Of a DNA stretch of 26,587 nt, positions 7,653-15,857 are shown in pieces. The DNA comes from Solirubrobacteraceae bacterium. Lineage in GTDB: Bacteria; Actinomycetota; Thermoleophilia; Solirubrobacterales; Solirubrobacteraceae. Every line of letters starts with the position of its first letter. Positions within the stretch are counted from its first letter, which is position 1. A program made the translations under genes and the position numbers. The stretch spans positions 1 through 26,587 of the forward strand of contig JBPCNM010000194.1 of assembly GCA_051001255.1 (NCBI GenBank), given 5' to 3'. A model generated the notes under the pieces. That model was not told where the DNA came from. It did not search any database and saw nothing but the letters and a program-made list of their open reading frames with translations.

Positions 7653-9250
7653 ACGCGCAGGGTGCGGCCGTCCAGCACGCCCGGCTCTGCGAGCACCTCG
7701 CGCATGACGTCGTCGGGGATGTCGGCGTCGGTGACGACGATCACGACGTTGAGGTCGTCGTCGCTGCGCTGGACGCCCTGGGTCGCGCTGGAGATGTTGA
7801 TGCCGCGCTCGCCCAGCAGGCTGCCGACGCGCCCGAGCATCCCGGGGCGGTTCGGGTAGCGGAACAGGGTGAGGTTGACATCGTCGTCGAGCTGGAGGTT
7901 GAAGCGCTGGCCCCACGCCTCGAGCAGGTGCGGCCGGTGGCGGCGGCCGAGCGTGGTGCCCGCGACGCGGTAGCGCTCCTCGCCGCACACGATCGTGACG
8001 CGAACGAGGTCGGCGAAGTCGCGCGCGACGGTCTCCTTGCGCTCGGACACCGCGATGCCGCGCTCCTCGGCCAGGGTCGGCGCGTTGACCAGGTTGACCT
8101 CCTCCACGTGATCTCTCAGCACGCCCAGCAGGACGGCGAGCGTGAGCAGGCGCGTGTCGCGCTCGGCGATCCGCCCGAAGTACTCGACCTCGATCCGTTC
8201 GACGCCCGGCGCGAGCGTGCTGGCGAGCCGGCCGAGCCGGTCGGTGAGCGGGACGAACGGTCCGAGCACGTCCATGTCCTCAGCCGAGATCGCCGGGACG
8301 TTGACCGCCGTCGACACCACGCCGCCCGTCAGCGCCGCCACCACCTGCTCGGCCGTCTGCACCCCCGCGCGATCCTGCGCCTCGGTCGTCGACGCTCCCA
8401 GATGCGGCGTCACCACCACGTTGCGATAGCCGCTGAACAGCGGATAGTCGGTGATCGGCTCGGACGGGAACACGTCCAGCGCCGCACCCGCGACCTTCCC
8501 CGAGTCCAACGCGTCCTTGAGCGCGCGATCGTCGACCAGCTCGCCACGCGCGCAGTTGATCACGCGCACCCCGTCACGCATCTGCGCGAACGCCTCCACG
8601 TCCAGCCACCCCCGCGGCTCGGGCGTCGTTGGCAGATGCACCGTCACGAAATCGGCCTGCGCGTACAGATCAGCCGACGAACCGGCCTTCTCGGCGCCGA
8701 GCTCGCGAAACCGCTCGGCGGAGACGAACGGATCGAACGCCACGATCCGCATCCCGAACGCCTTGGCACGAGCCGCGACGAGCTGCCCGATGCGGCCGAA
8801 CCCGAGCACCCCCAGCGTCTTCTCATACACCTCGACGCCGCCGAGCTCCGAGCGCTCCCACCTGCCGGCCGTCAGCGAGGCATGGGCCTGGGGGATGTTG
8901 CGCGCCAACGCCAGCATCAATGCGACCGTGTGCTCCGCCGCCGCCACGACGTTGGACTGCGGCGCATTGGCCACGACGATCCCGCGCCGCGTCGCCGCCG
9001 CCACGTCCACGTTGTCGACGCCGATCCCCGCGCGACCGATCACGCGCAGGTTGTCGGCGCGCCCGATCAGCTCCGCGGTGAGCTGCGTCGCCGACCGGAT
9101 CACGATCCCGTGATAGCCCCCGATCCGCTCGGCCAACTCCTCCGCCGACCAATCGACACCCAGGTCGACCTCGAAACGCTCGCGCAGCAGGTCCACGCCG
9201 GAATCGGCGATCCGCTCCGCGACCAGCACCTTGTAGGACTCCGACAGCAC
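7649..9250 (-). CDS. serA: D-3-phosphoglycerate dehydrogenase (long form with ASB and ACT domains)
   Basis: IRSATQ, GRAGIGVDNVD, GVLGFGRIG, INCARG, ALDVF, TPHLGAST and C-terminal ACT NRPGMLG. Start GTG 9250 is inferred. Confidence 0.93.
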   Translation of the reverse strand: MLSESYKVLVAERIADSGVDLLRERFEVDLGVDWSAEELAERIGGYHGIVIRSATQLTAELIGRADNLRVIGRAGIGVDNVDVAAATRRGIVVANAPQSNVVAAAEHTVALMLALARNIPQAHASLTAGRWERSELGGVEVYEKTLGVLGFGRIGQLVAARAKAFGMRIVAFDPFVSAERFRELGAEKAGSSADLYAQADFVTVHLPTTPEPRGWLDVEAFAQMRDGVRVINCARGELVDDRALKDALDSGKVAGAALDVFPSEPITDYPLFSGYRNVVVTPHLGASTTEAQDRAGVQTAEQVVAALTGGVVSTAVNVPAISAEDMDVLGPFVPLTDRLGRLASTLAPGVERIEVEYFGRIAERDTRLLTLAVLLGVLRDHVEEVNLVNAPTLAEERGIAVSERKETVARDFADLVRVTIVCGEERYRVAGTTLGRRHRPHLLEAWGQRFNLQLDDDVNLTLFRYPNRPGMLGRVGSLLGERGINISSATQGVQRSDDDLNVVIVVTDADIPDDVMREVLAEPGVLDGRTLRV

Positions 9251-9261
9251 GGCCGCGGAGG

Positions 9262-9534
9262 CTAGCGCCGGGAGAGCTTCGCGGGCGTCCGGCACGCGGC
9301 GATCAGGGCCAGCTTCTGCGACCGCGGGAGCGCCTTGATCCTCGCCTCCTCGCGCCGTGCGGCGGTCCGGTCGGGCAGCGTCTGCGACCATGCGAGCGCG
9401 ACCGGCAGCCGGCTGCGCGTGTAGCGGCTGGCGCGGCCGGCGTCGTGAGCGGCGAGCCGGCGCTCGAGGTCGACCGTCCAGCCGCAGTACAGCGTCCCGT
9501 CCGCGCAGCGCAGCAGGTAGACCCAGGCGGCCAC
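9262..9534 (-). CDS. Small GIY-YIG nuclease family protein (YazA/UPF0213-like)
   Basis: WVYLLRCADGTLYCGWTVDLERRLAAH...YTR...EARIK. Confidence 0.9.
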   Translation of the reverse strand: MAAWVYLLRCADGTLYCGWTVDLERRLAAHDAGRASRYTRSRLPVALAWSQTLPDRTAARREEARIKALPRSQKLALIAACRTPAKLSRR

Positions 9535-9600
9535 GCCCGCAGCATGTCACCCGACCCAGCGGGTGGCGTCGACGACTGGCCAGCGGTGTGACGCAGCGCC

Positions 9601-9646
9601 GCTACCGGCGGTGCTCGGTGGCCGCTACTGGCGGTGCTCGGTGGCG
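9601..9646. repeat. 23-bp tandem direct repeat
   Basis: GCTACCGGCGGTGCTCGGTGGCC followed by GCTACTGGCGGTGCTCGGTGGCG (2 mismatches). It duplicates the last codons and stop of the 9625-9813 gene. Confidence 0.9.
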
Positions 9647-9813
9647 CCGCCGCCGCGCGACCACAGGAGCGTGACGCCGTCGAGGATGCAGCCGATCGCG
9701 GCGAGCAGCAACACCCACGTCAGGATCGGCCCGGTCCACGTCGCCGCGACGAGGCACAGCGCCGCGATCGCGAACGGCAGCCAGACGCGCTTGGTGGCGT
9801 TCAGCGAGCGCAC
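9625..9813 (-). CDS. Small membrane protein (about 2 TM), 62 aa
   Basis: MRSLNATKRVWLPFAIAALCLVAATWTGPILTWVLLLAAIGCILDGVTLLWSRGGGATEHRQ, with coding-like codon usage. Confidence 0.6.
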   Translation of the reverse strand: MRSLNATKRVWLPFAIAALCLVAATWTGPILTWVLLLAAIGCILDGVTLLWSRGGGATEHRQ

Positions 9814-9947
9814 GCACCGGACCCTACCGGCGCGCGTACCGCACCCGGGGGACCGACTTCACCTGCCGGGGTGATGTTCGGGGCGCCGCGCCGGTGTAGC
9901 GTCGGCGGGCGGCCACGATGGCCGCGGCGACACGGAGGGCGGCAACG

Positions 9948-11966
9948 ATGGAGTCCTATCAGCGGGAGCTCGAGCACCAGCGCGAGGCGGCGGCCCAGCG
10001 CGTGGCGGAGCGGACGACCGAGCGCCGGGATCACGAGGCGGCGCTCGCCGGCCCGGGCGGGCTGGCCGCGGCCGACACGCCCGAGCGGATCGCCAAGCGC
10101 CTGGACCGGCTGAGCCGCTACTACGCCGGGGAAGCAGCGCCATCCGTCGCCGGCAGCGCCCCCGAGGTGCTCGTCGAGGAGGCGCTCGACCGCGCCGGCG
10201 CCCTGCTCGAGGACGGGCGCGAGCCCGGCAAGCTGCTCGAGAAGATCATCAACACCGCGGACCTCGTCGGCATCCGCTACTTCGACGCGGGCGTCGCCGC
10301 CGCGCGCGCCATCGGCCGCGTCAACATCCGCGACGCGGGCGGGCGGCTGCAGGGATACGGCACCGGCTCGCTCGTGTCTCCCAGCCTGCTGCTCACCAAC
10401 CATCACGTGCTGCCTGGCGCCGAGGTGGCGCGCAGCAGCGTGATCGAGTTCAACTACCAGGACGGGATCGACGGCAAGCCGCTGCTCGCGCAGGTCGTGC
10501 CGCTGGACCCCGACCGGTTCTTCCTCGCCGACCACGAGCGCGACTTCGCGCTGGTGGCGGTGAAGGCCACTGCCGCGGAGCTGGCGCCGTTCGGCTTCAA
10601 CCGCCTGATCGAGGCCGAGGGCAAGGCGATCATCGGCGAGTTCGTGACGATCGTGCAGCACCCGCGCGGCGAGAAGAAGCAGGTCGCGCTGCGGGAGAGC
10701 AAGATCGTCGACATCCCCGAGCGCTTCCTGCACTATGCGGCCGACACCGAGCCGGGCTCCTCGGGCTCACCGGTGTTCAACGACCAGTGGGAGGTCGTGG
10801 CGCTCCATCATGCGAGCGTGCCCGCGCCCGAGCACGGCGAGCTGGGCGGGTTCATGAACGAGGGCATCCGCGTCAGCCGGATCCTGAAGTTCGTCCAGGA
10901 ACAGGCGCTCGCGCCGGCGATGCGGGCGCTCGCGGACGAGATCCTCGCGCCGCAGCGCGTCGAGGTCGGCGCGCCGGCGGCACCCACGGCCGCGGGTGCG
11001 CCGGCGCCGGCCGCCGCGCCATCGGCCGCGCCCGCGCCGCAGGGCCAGGTCACGATCACCGTCCCGCTCGAGATCACGGTGCGGATCGGCGGTGGTGCGG
11101 CCACCGCCACGGCTGCCGTCGCGCAGGAGCCCGAGGCGATCTCGATCGACCCCGACTACACCAGCCGCGGCGGGTATGACCCGGCGTTCCTGGCCGTCGC
11201 GCTGCAGCTTCCGGCGCCCGGTCCGGCGCTGGCCGCGGTCGCTTCGGCCGAGCTGCGCTACCACTACTTCAGCGTCACGATGCATAGGACGCGCGCGCTG
11301 GCGCTGTTCACCGCCGTGAACATCGACGGCAAGCTCAGCCGCCGCCCCAGGCGCGAGAGCGACCGCTGGTTCCTGGATCCGCGGCTGCCCGGGGCCGAGC
11401 AGACCGGGGAGGCCGTCTACCGCGACAACCCGCTGGACCGTGGCCATCTCGTCCGCCGTCTCGACCCGGCGTGGGGGACCTCCGATGCGCTCGCGAAGGT
11501 CGCCAACGACGATACGTTCCACTTCACCAACTGCACGCCGCAGCATCACCTGTTCAACGCCGGCAACACGTTGTGGGGTGGGCTCGAGGACTACGTGCTC
11601 GACAACGCCGACACGGCGAACCTGCGGGTGAGCGTGGTGACCGGGCCGGTGCTGGCCGCCGACGACGACGCCTACCGCGGGGTCCAGCTCCCGCGCCAGT
11701 TCTGGAAGCTCGTCGCCATGGTCACCACCCGGCGCAGGCTGTCGGTCACGGGCTACCTGCTCAGCCAGGCGACGCTGCTCGACGACCTCGAAGGCGATGA
11801 GGCCTTCTCCTACGGCGCCTACCGGGCCTTCCAGGTGCCGGTGCGGCGGATCGCCGCGCTCACCGGCCTCGGGCTCGATCCCCACGTCGCGGCCGATCCG
11901 CTGGAGCGCTTGGAGGCGACCCCGCTCCCGCGCGAGCTGATCCGCCCGGAGGACCTGATCCTCTGA
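9948..11966 (+). CDS. Trypsin-like (V8/Glu-C type) serine protease fused to a DNA/RNA non-specific endonuclease (NucA/EndoG-like)
   Basis: Protease triad: LTNHHVL (H), DFALV (D), TEPGSSGSPV (S). An Ala/Pro linker follows, then nuclease DRGHL, NCTPQ and N..W..LE. GGAG SD before ATG 9948. No signal peptide. Confidence 0.92.
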   Translation: MESYQRELEHQREAAAQRVAERTTERRDHEAALAGPGGLAAADTPERIAKRLDRLSRYYAGEAAPSVAGSAPEVLVEEALDRAGALLEDGREPGKLLEKIINTADLVGIRYFDAGVAAARAIGRVNIRDAGGRLQGYGTGSLVSPSLLLTNHHVLPGAEVARSSVIEFNYQDGIDGKPLLAQVVPLDPDRFFLADHERDFALVAVKATAAELAPFGFNRLIEAEGKAIIGEFVTIVQHPRGEKKQVALRESKIVDIPERFLHYAADTEPGSSGSPVFNDQWEVVALHHASVPAPEHGELGGFMNEGIRVSRILKFVQEQALAPAMRALADEILAPQRVEVGAPAAPTAAGAPAPAAAPSAAPAPQGQVTITVPLEITVRIGGGAATATAAVAQEPEAISIDPDYTSRGGYDPAFLAVALQLPAPGPALAAVASAELRYHYFSVTMHRTRALALFTAVNIDGKLSRRPRRESDRWFLDPRLPGAEQTGEAVYRDNPLDRGHLVRRLDPAWGTSDALAKVANDDTFHFTNCTPQHHLFNAGNTLWGGLEDYVLDNADTANLRVSVVTGPVLAADDDAYRGVQLPRQFWKLVAMVTTRRRLSVTGYLLSQATLLDDLEGDEAFSYGAYRAFQVPVRRIAALTGLGLDPHVAADPLERLEATPLPRELIRPEDLIL

Positions 11967-12238
11967 GTGAGGGAGAGAATCCGTCATGGAGCCGGCGCAC
12001 GAGGCGCTGGCGCTCTTGTGGAAGCGCCGCGCGAGGACGACTGAGGATAGTCCGGCGCAGGTTGGCGCTGGGCGCGTCTGTCGAGAGACGCGACGCGCGA
12101 GGCATCGTCCGGCCGGGAGCCGTTCTCAGACATCTACGTCAAGGTCGTCGAGGATGCTCTGCATCTCCGCGTCCGAGGTCCAGCGACCGGGTTCGGGGCG
12201 CCGGCCCCACGGCATGTCCTGTCGGAAGACCTCTACCA

Positions 12239-12442
12239 GCGGTCGACATCAACCCGCACGCGGTCGCTGCCGCACGGGAGAACGCGGCGCGCAACGGCGT
12301 CGCCGACCGGGTCGACGTCCGCGAGAGCGACGCCTTCAGCGTTGTCGACGGCGTGTTCGACCTTGTCGTCTTTGACCCGCCCTTCCGCTGGTTCGCGCCG
12401 CGCGACTGGCTGGAAGTCGCGACGACCGACGCGAACTACCGC
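12239..12442 (+). pseudogene. Internal fragment of a class I SAM-dependent methyltransferase (HemK/MTS-like)
   Basis: AVDINPHAVAAARENAARNGVADRVDVRESDAFSVVDGVFDLVVFDPPF. The upstream glycine-rich SAM motif and the C-terminus are missing. Confidence 0.75.
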
Positions 12443-12720
12443 CCGCATCGACGGCGACCCGGACCACCGGCTCAACGGATGCCTCCGCACATCTGAGCTG
12501 ATGGACCAGGTCGGACACGACCACGGCCCCATCCTGCACACCAGCGCCCAAACCTCCGACGGGCTGCTGATCGTGAACCTCTGGCCGTCAAGGACGGATC
12601 GCAAGCGGCCGCGGCCGACCCTCGCCGTCTGGCCGCCCTGCGGCGAGAGACGGTCGCCCCTGACCAGCAGCACAAGGAGCACCACGAGGTCGAGCGCTAC
12701 GCCCTCTTCGCTGAGCGCGA
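12441..12720 (+). pseudogene. 5'-truncated, frameshifted small hypothetical protein
   Basis: ARIDGDPDHRLNG...HTSAQTSDGLLIVNLWPS, then a frame change near 12589 to KDGSQAAAADPRRLAALRRE...HHEVERY. Both halves have coding-like codon bias. Confidence 0.55.
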
Positions 12721-12767
12721 CCAGGCATGCTGCCCGTTTGGCCGATCCACGCCACCGGATTCATACG

Positions 12768-12773
12768 TAGAAT
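12768..12773 (+). promoter_or_regulatory. -10 element of the TA operon (possibly leaderless)
   Basis: TAGAAT lies 7 nt before the in-frame GTG at 12781, and no SD is visible. Confidence 0.5.
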
Positions 12774-12942
12774 GACTGTGGTGTCGACCGCCGAGCATTC
12801 AGATGAGCCCACAATGATCGTCCTCCCGCCTGAGGAGGCGCTTCGGCAGGCGCGTCCGCTTCCTTCACGCGAACGCCTGGTCATCGAGGATGTGCCCCTT
12901 GAGGACTGGACGACGTTCCGCGAGGCCCTCACTGAAGCATGA
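12772..12942 (+). CDS. Putative antitoxin of the PIN toxin (start 12772 or leaderless GTG 12781)
   Basis: Small acidic protein ending VIEDVPLEDWTTFREALTEA. Its stop overlaps the toxin start (ATGA). Confidence 0.7.
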   Translation: MTVVSTAEHSDEPTMIVLPPEEALRQARPLPSRERLVIEDVPLEDWTTFREALTEA

Positions 12943-13376
12943 GCGATGTCCGCCCCGCCGGGGTGGTCGTCGACACCATGGTCATCAGCTGGCTGCTCGA
13001 GGATCGCGCCGACCAACTCACTGACCAGTACCGAGCACTGATCGACACCAGCCGAGTGCTGCTCGCCTTTCAGACCGTCATAGAGCTGCGCTACGGAGCG
13101 CTGCGCGCGGGTTGGGGCGATCTACGCCGCCGCCGCCTTGCGCGTCGAATCGCCGAGCTCGTCGTCAGACAGCCCGACGACACGATGATCGCGGTCTGCG
13201 CCGAACTGCGCCTTGACTGCCGGAGGCTCGGGCACCCGCTGGCCGGCAAGCCCCACGACGGCGATCGCTGGATCGCGGCGGCCGCCATCCGGCTACGGGC
13301 GCCGCTGGTGTCTGACGACCGGATCTTTCGAGCGGCTCCGCGGCTCGAGCTCCTCACCGTCGACGGCGAGCACTGA
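12939..13376 (+). CDS. vapC: PIN-domain (VapC-like) ribonuclease toxin
   Basis: Acidic PIN residues in VVDT, EL, DRWIAA and LVSDD..F. 145 aa. Confidence 0.88.
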   Translation: MSDVRPAGVVVDTMVISWLLEDRADQLTDQYRALIDTSRVLLAFQTVIELRYGALRAGWGDLRRRRLARRIAELVVRQPDDTMIAVCAELRLDCRRLGHPLAGKPHDGDRWIAAAAIRLRAPLVSDDRIFRAAPRLELLTVDGEH

Positions 13377-13647
13377 CGTCCGCGCCGCCCGCCGCGACCA
13401 CTCCTAGGCGGCCCAGATTTCGGCCGGGGCTACTGACCCACTCGTCGCCCGGCCTTGACGCTGGACGCGGATCCCCACTCGATCGCCCTCAGGGGCCAGC
13501 CAACAGCGCGCCCGCCTGATCCCTCGCAGGTCTACCACTTCACCTGCCGAGCCTGCCATTCCCCTGCGCCCGACACCGAGGTTCGGGCTGGCCGCCGAGG
13601 CGGATTCCCGGACGCTTTCTGCGCTCTTGCCGAGGCGCCGCGGGGCG

Positions 13648-15732
13648 TCAGAACGCCGTCGCCAGCGCGAGCGGGTAGACCGCCGGCGCGCCGCGGCGGC
13701 GCAGCTGGCCCGCGAGCATCGCGAGCGTCCAGCCGCTGTAGCGCACGTCGTCGACCAGCAGGCACGGGCCGGCGGGCAGCGCGCCGGCGACGGCGAACTG
13801 GCCGCGCACGTTCGCGACCTGCTGGGCGGAGTTCGCCATCTCGCGCTGCGGCGGCCCGTCACCGGTGCGCTCGAGCACCGGCGCGTACGGCAGCCCAAGC
13901 GCCGCCGCCAGGCGCTCCGCGCAGTCCGGCACGAGCGGGCCGCTCCGGAGCGACGGCACGCCGGCCACCCACGCCACCGGCGCGCCCCATCCGCGCACCG
14001 CCTCGGCGGCCGCGGCGAAGAGCTCGTCGTCGAAGCGCCCCGCGCGACGGCCGGCCTGCACCAGCGGGTCCCAGCCCCCGTCACCCAGCCGCGCCAGCGC
14101 GCGCCCCTCCTGCGCGCGGACGTCGTCGGGAAGCTTGCGCATCGCCCCGTCCTCGCCCGGCGCCATCTTCTTGACCTCCAGCACGAGCGGCCTGGAGCGC
14201 AGGTGCAGCGCGGCCTGGCGCACGAGCTCCGGCTCCAGCGGCCCGCCGAAGCGCGGGCCGGCGCAGACGGCGCAGCGGCCGCAGTCGCGCGGCTCGGGAT
14301 CGTCGAGCTCCTCCTGCAGCGCGCGCATCAGGCAGCGCCCGTCGGTGCCGAACGCGGCCATCGCCGCCTGCTCGCGCCGGCGCAGCGCGGTGACCTGCGC
14401 GTAGCGCTCGGCGTCGTAGGTCCATGCGGCGCCCGGTCGGTGGACCCAGCGGGACCCGGCGCGCGTCACCGCGCCCTCTACGTCGAGCACCTTGAGCATC
14501 GCCTCGATCCGCCCGCGCCCGAGGTTGACCACGGCGCTCAGCGCCGGCAGCGAGAGCCCGTCCTCGCCCGCGCCCTCGAGCGCCTCGAGCACGCGCACGA
14601 CCAACTCGCGCGGCGGGAACGCCTGCTCGATGAAGAAGTCCTGGATGCGGCGGTCCTCGGCGCCGCGCAGCAACACGACGTCGGCGTGCTCGACCCCGCG
14701 TCCGGCGCGCCCGACCTGCTGGTAGTAGGAGATCACCGACCCGGGCGCCTGGTAGTGCACGACGAAGCCGAGGTCCGGCTTGTCGTAGCCCATGCCGAGC
14801 GCGCTGGTCGCCACGACGGCCTTGAGCTCGTTGCCGAGCAGCCGCTCCTCGACGTCCACGCGCCGGGCGGTCTCGACCTCGCCGCTGTAGGCCTCGGCGG
14901 CGATCCCGTGGCCGTTCAACCAGCCGGCGACCGTGTCGGCGTCGCGCTTGGTGAGCGTGTAGACAATGCCCGAGCCCTCCAACCGCGGCAGCCACGTCGT
15001 CAGCCACGCGAGCCGCTCGGCCTGGCCGGGCAGCTCGACGACCTCCAGCCGCAGGCTGGAGCGCCCGAGCGGCCCGCGGTAGGTCCGCAGCGGCGCCGTC
15101 GCCCCGCCGCCCGCCCGCAGCTGCGCCTCCACGTCGGCCACCACGCGATCGTTCGCCGTCGCCGTGGTGCCGAGCACCGCGACGCCGTCCGGCAGCCGTT
15201 CGAGCATCTCCGCCAGTCGCCGGTAGTCGGGCCGGAAGTCGTGCCCCCAGTCGGAGATGCAGTGCGCCTCGTCGACCACGAGCAGCCCGACACGCTCGGC
15301 GAACAGCGGCAGCATCGCGTCGCGGAACTGCGGGTTGCTGAGCCGCTCCGGGCTGATCAGGAGCAGGTCGATCGCGTCGGCGGCGAGCAGCTCGCGGACC
15401 TCCTCCCAGGCGTCGCGGTTGGTCGAGTTGACCGTGTGCGCCCGGATGCCCAGCCGCTCGGCGGCGGCGATCTGGTTGCGCATCAGCGCCAGCAGCGGCG
15501 AGACGATCAGCGCCGGCCCGGCTGGGTGGGTGGGATCCGATCGCAGCAGCGCGGTGGCGAGGAAGTAGACCGCCGACTTGCCCCAGCCCGTGCGCTGCAC
15601 GCACAGCACGCGCCCGCGGTCGACCACGAGGTCGTGCACCGCCTCGAGCTGGTGCGGGCGAAAGCGCGCGTCCGGGCCCGCGAGCGCGTGCAGCAGTTCA
15701 GTGGCGCGGTCCTCGACGGTGGCGGCGGGCAT
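13648..15732 (-). CDS. recQ: RecQ-family ATP-dependent DNA helicase with C-terminal phosphoribosyltransferase-like domain
   Basis: TGWGKS, DEAH, TTATA, QQVGRAGR, Zn-binding CLM...CGRCAVC, and PRTase motif LLVDDVRYSGWTL. Confidence 0.92.
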   Translation of the reverse strand: MPAATVEDRATELLHALAGPDARFRPHQLEAVHDLVVDRGRVLCVQRTGWGKSAVYFLATALLRSDPTHPAGPALIVSPLLALMRNQIAAAERLGIRAHTVNSTNRDAWEEVRELLAADAIDLLLISPERLSNPQFRDAMLPLFAERVGLLVVDEAHCISDWGHDFRPDYRRLAEMLERLPDGVAVLGTTATANDRVVADVEAQLRAGGGATAPLRTYRGPLGRSSLRLEVVELPGQAERLAWLTTWLPRLEGSGIVYTLTKRDADTVAGWLNGHGIAAEAYSGEVETARRVDVEERLLGNELKAVVATSALGMGYDKPDLGFVVHYQAPGSVISYYQQVGRAGRGVEHADVVLLRGAEDRRIQDFFIEQAFPPRELVVRVLEALEGAGEDGLSLPALSAVVNLGRGRIEAMLKVLDVEGAVTRAGSRWVHRPGAAWTYDAERYAQVTALRRREQAAMAAFGTDGRCLMRALQEELDDPEPRDCGRCAVCAGPRFGGPLEPELVRQAALHLRSRPLVLEVKKMAPGEDGAMRKLPDDVRAQEGRALARLGDGGWDPLVQAGRRAGRFDDELFAAAAEAVRGWGAPVAWVAGVPSLRSGPLVPDCAERLAAALGLPYAPVLERTGDGPPQREMANSAQQVANVRGQFAVAGALPAGPCLLVDDVRYSGWTLAMLAGQLRRRGAPAVYPLALATAF

Positions 15733-15740
15733 ATGTAACG

Positions 15741-15840
15741 TCGCCTGGCAGGCGAAACCGAATTATGACGCCCCCGGAAGTTTCGCCCCCCGGCAGGCGA
15801 AACCGAACCAGCACGCCGACCGGAGGGTTCGCCCCCCGGC
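15741..15840. repeat. Two tandem ~45-bp palindromic (REP-like) units
   Basis: GGCAGGCGAAACCGAA...TTCGCCCCCC starting at 15747 and 15792. Each has the internal inverted repeat GGCGAAAC/G(T/G)TTCGCC. A small hairpin TCGCC-TGGCA-GGCGA lies at 15741-15755. Confidence 0.8.
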
Positions 15841-15857
15841 CGGCGCCCGGGCACCCG

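Noticed and set aside
9262-9534. GIY-YIG as a homing endonuclease or defence nuclease
   Set aside because: It is the stand-alone ~90-aa YazA/UPF0213 type with no DNA-binding extension, and it sits in a housekeeping context.
12126-12248. Minus-strand 40-codon frame ...EVFRQDMPWGRRPEPGRWTSDAEMQSILDDLDVDV*
   Set aside because: It shares triplets with an equally plausible plus-strand reading and has no start or SD. The strand cannot be decided without a homology search.
13380-13645. Possible tRNA, att site or small gene between vapC and recQ
   Set aside because: No cloverleaf or T-loop/CCA pattern, no matching repeat elsewhere in the window, and no convincing ORF.
13627-15738. 703-aa plus-strand ORF, and similar long ORFs such as 4073-5437, 5200-7197, 7928-9265 and 10767-11987
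   Set aside because: Antisense shadows of well-supported genes. They are Arg/Ala/Gly-rich with no motifs, as expected from stop-codon scarcity at high GC.
15747-15840. Possible mini-CRISPR array
   Set aside because: Only two units, the middles are partly conserved and too short for spacers, and there are no cas genes in the window.
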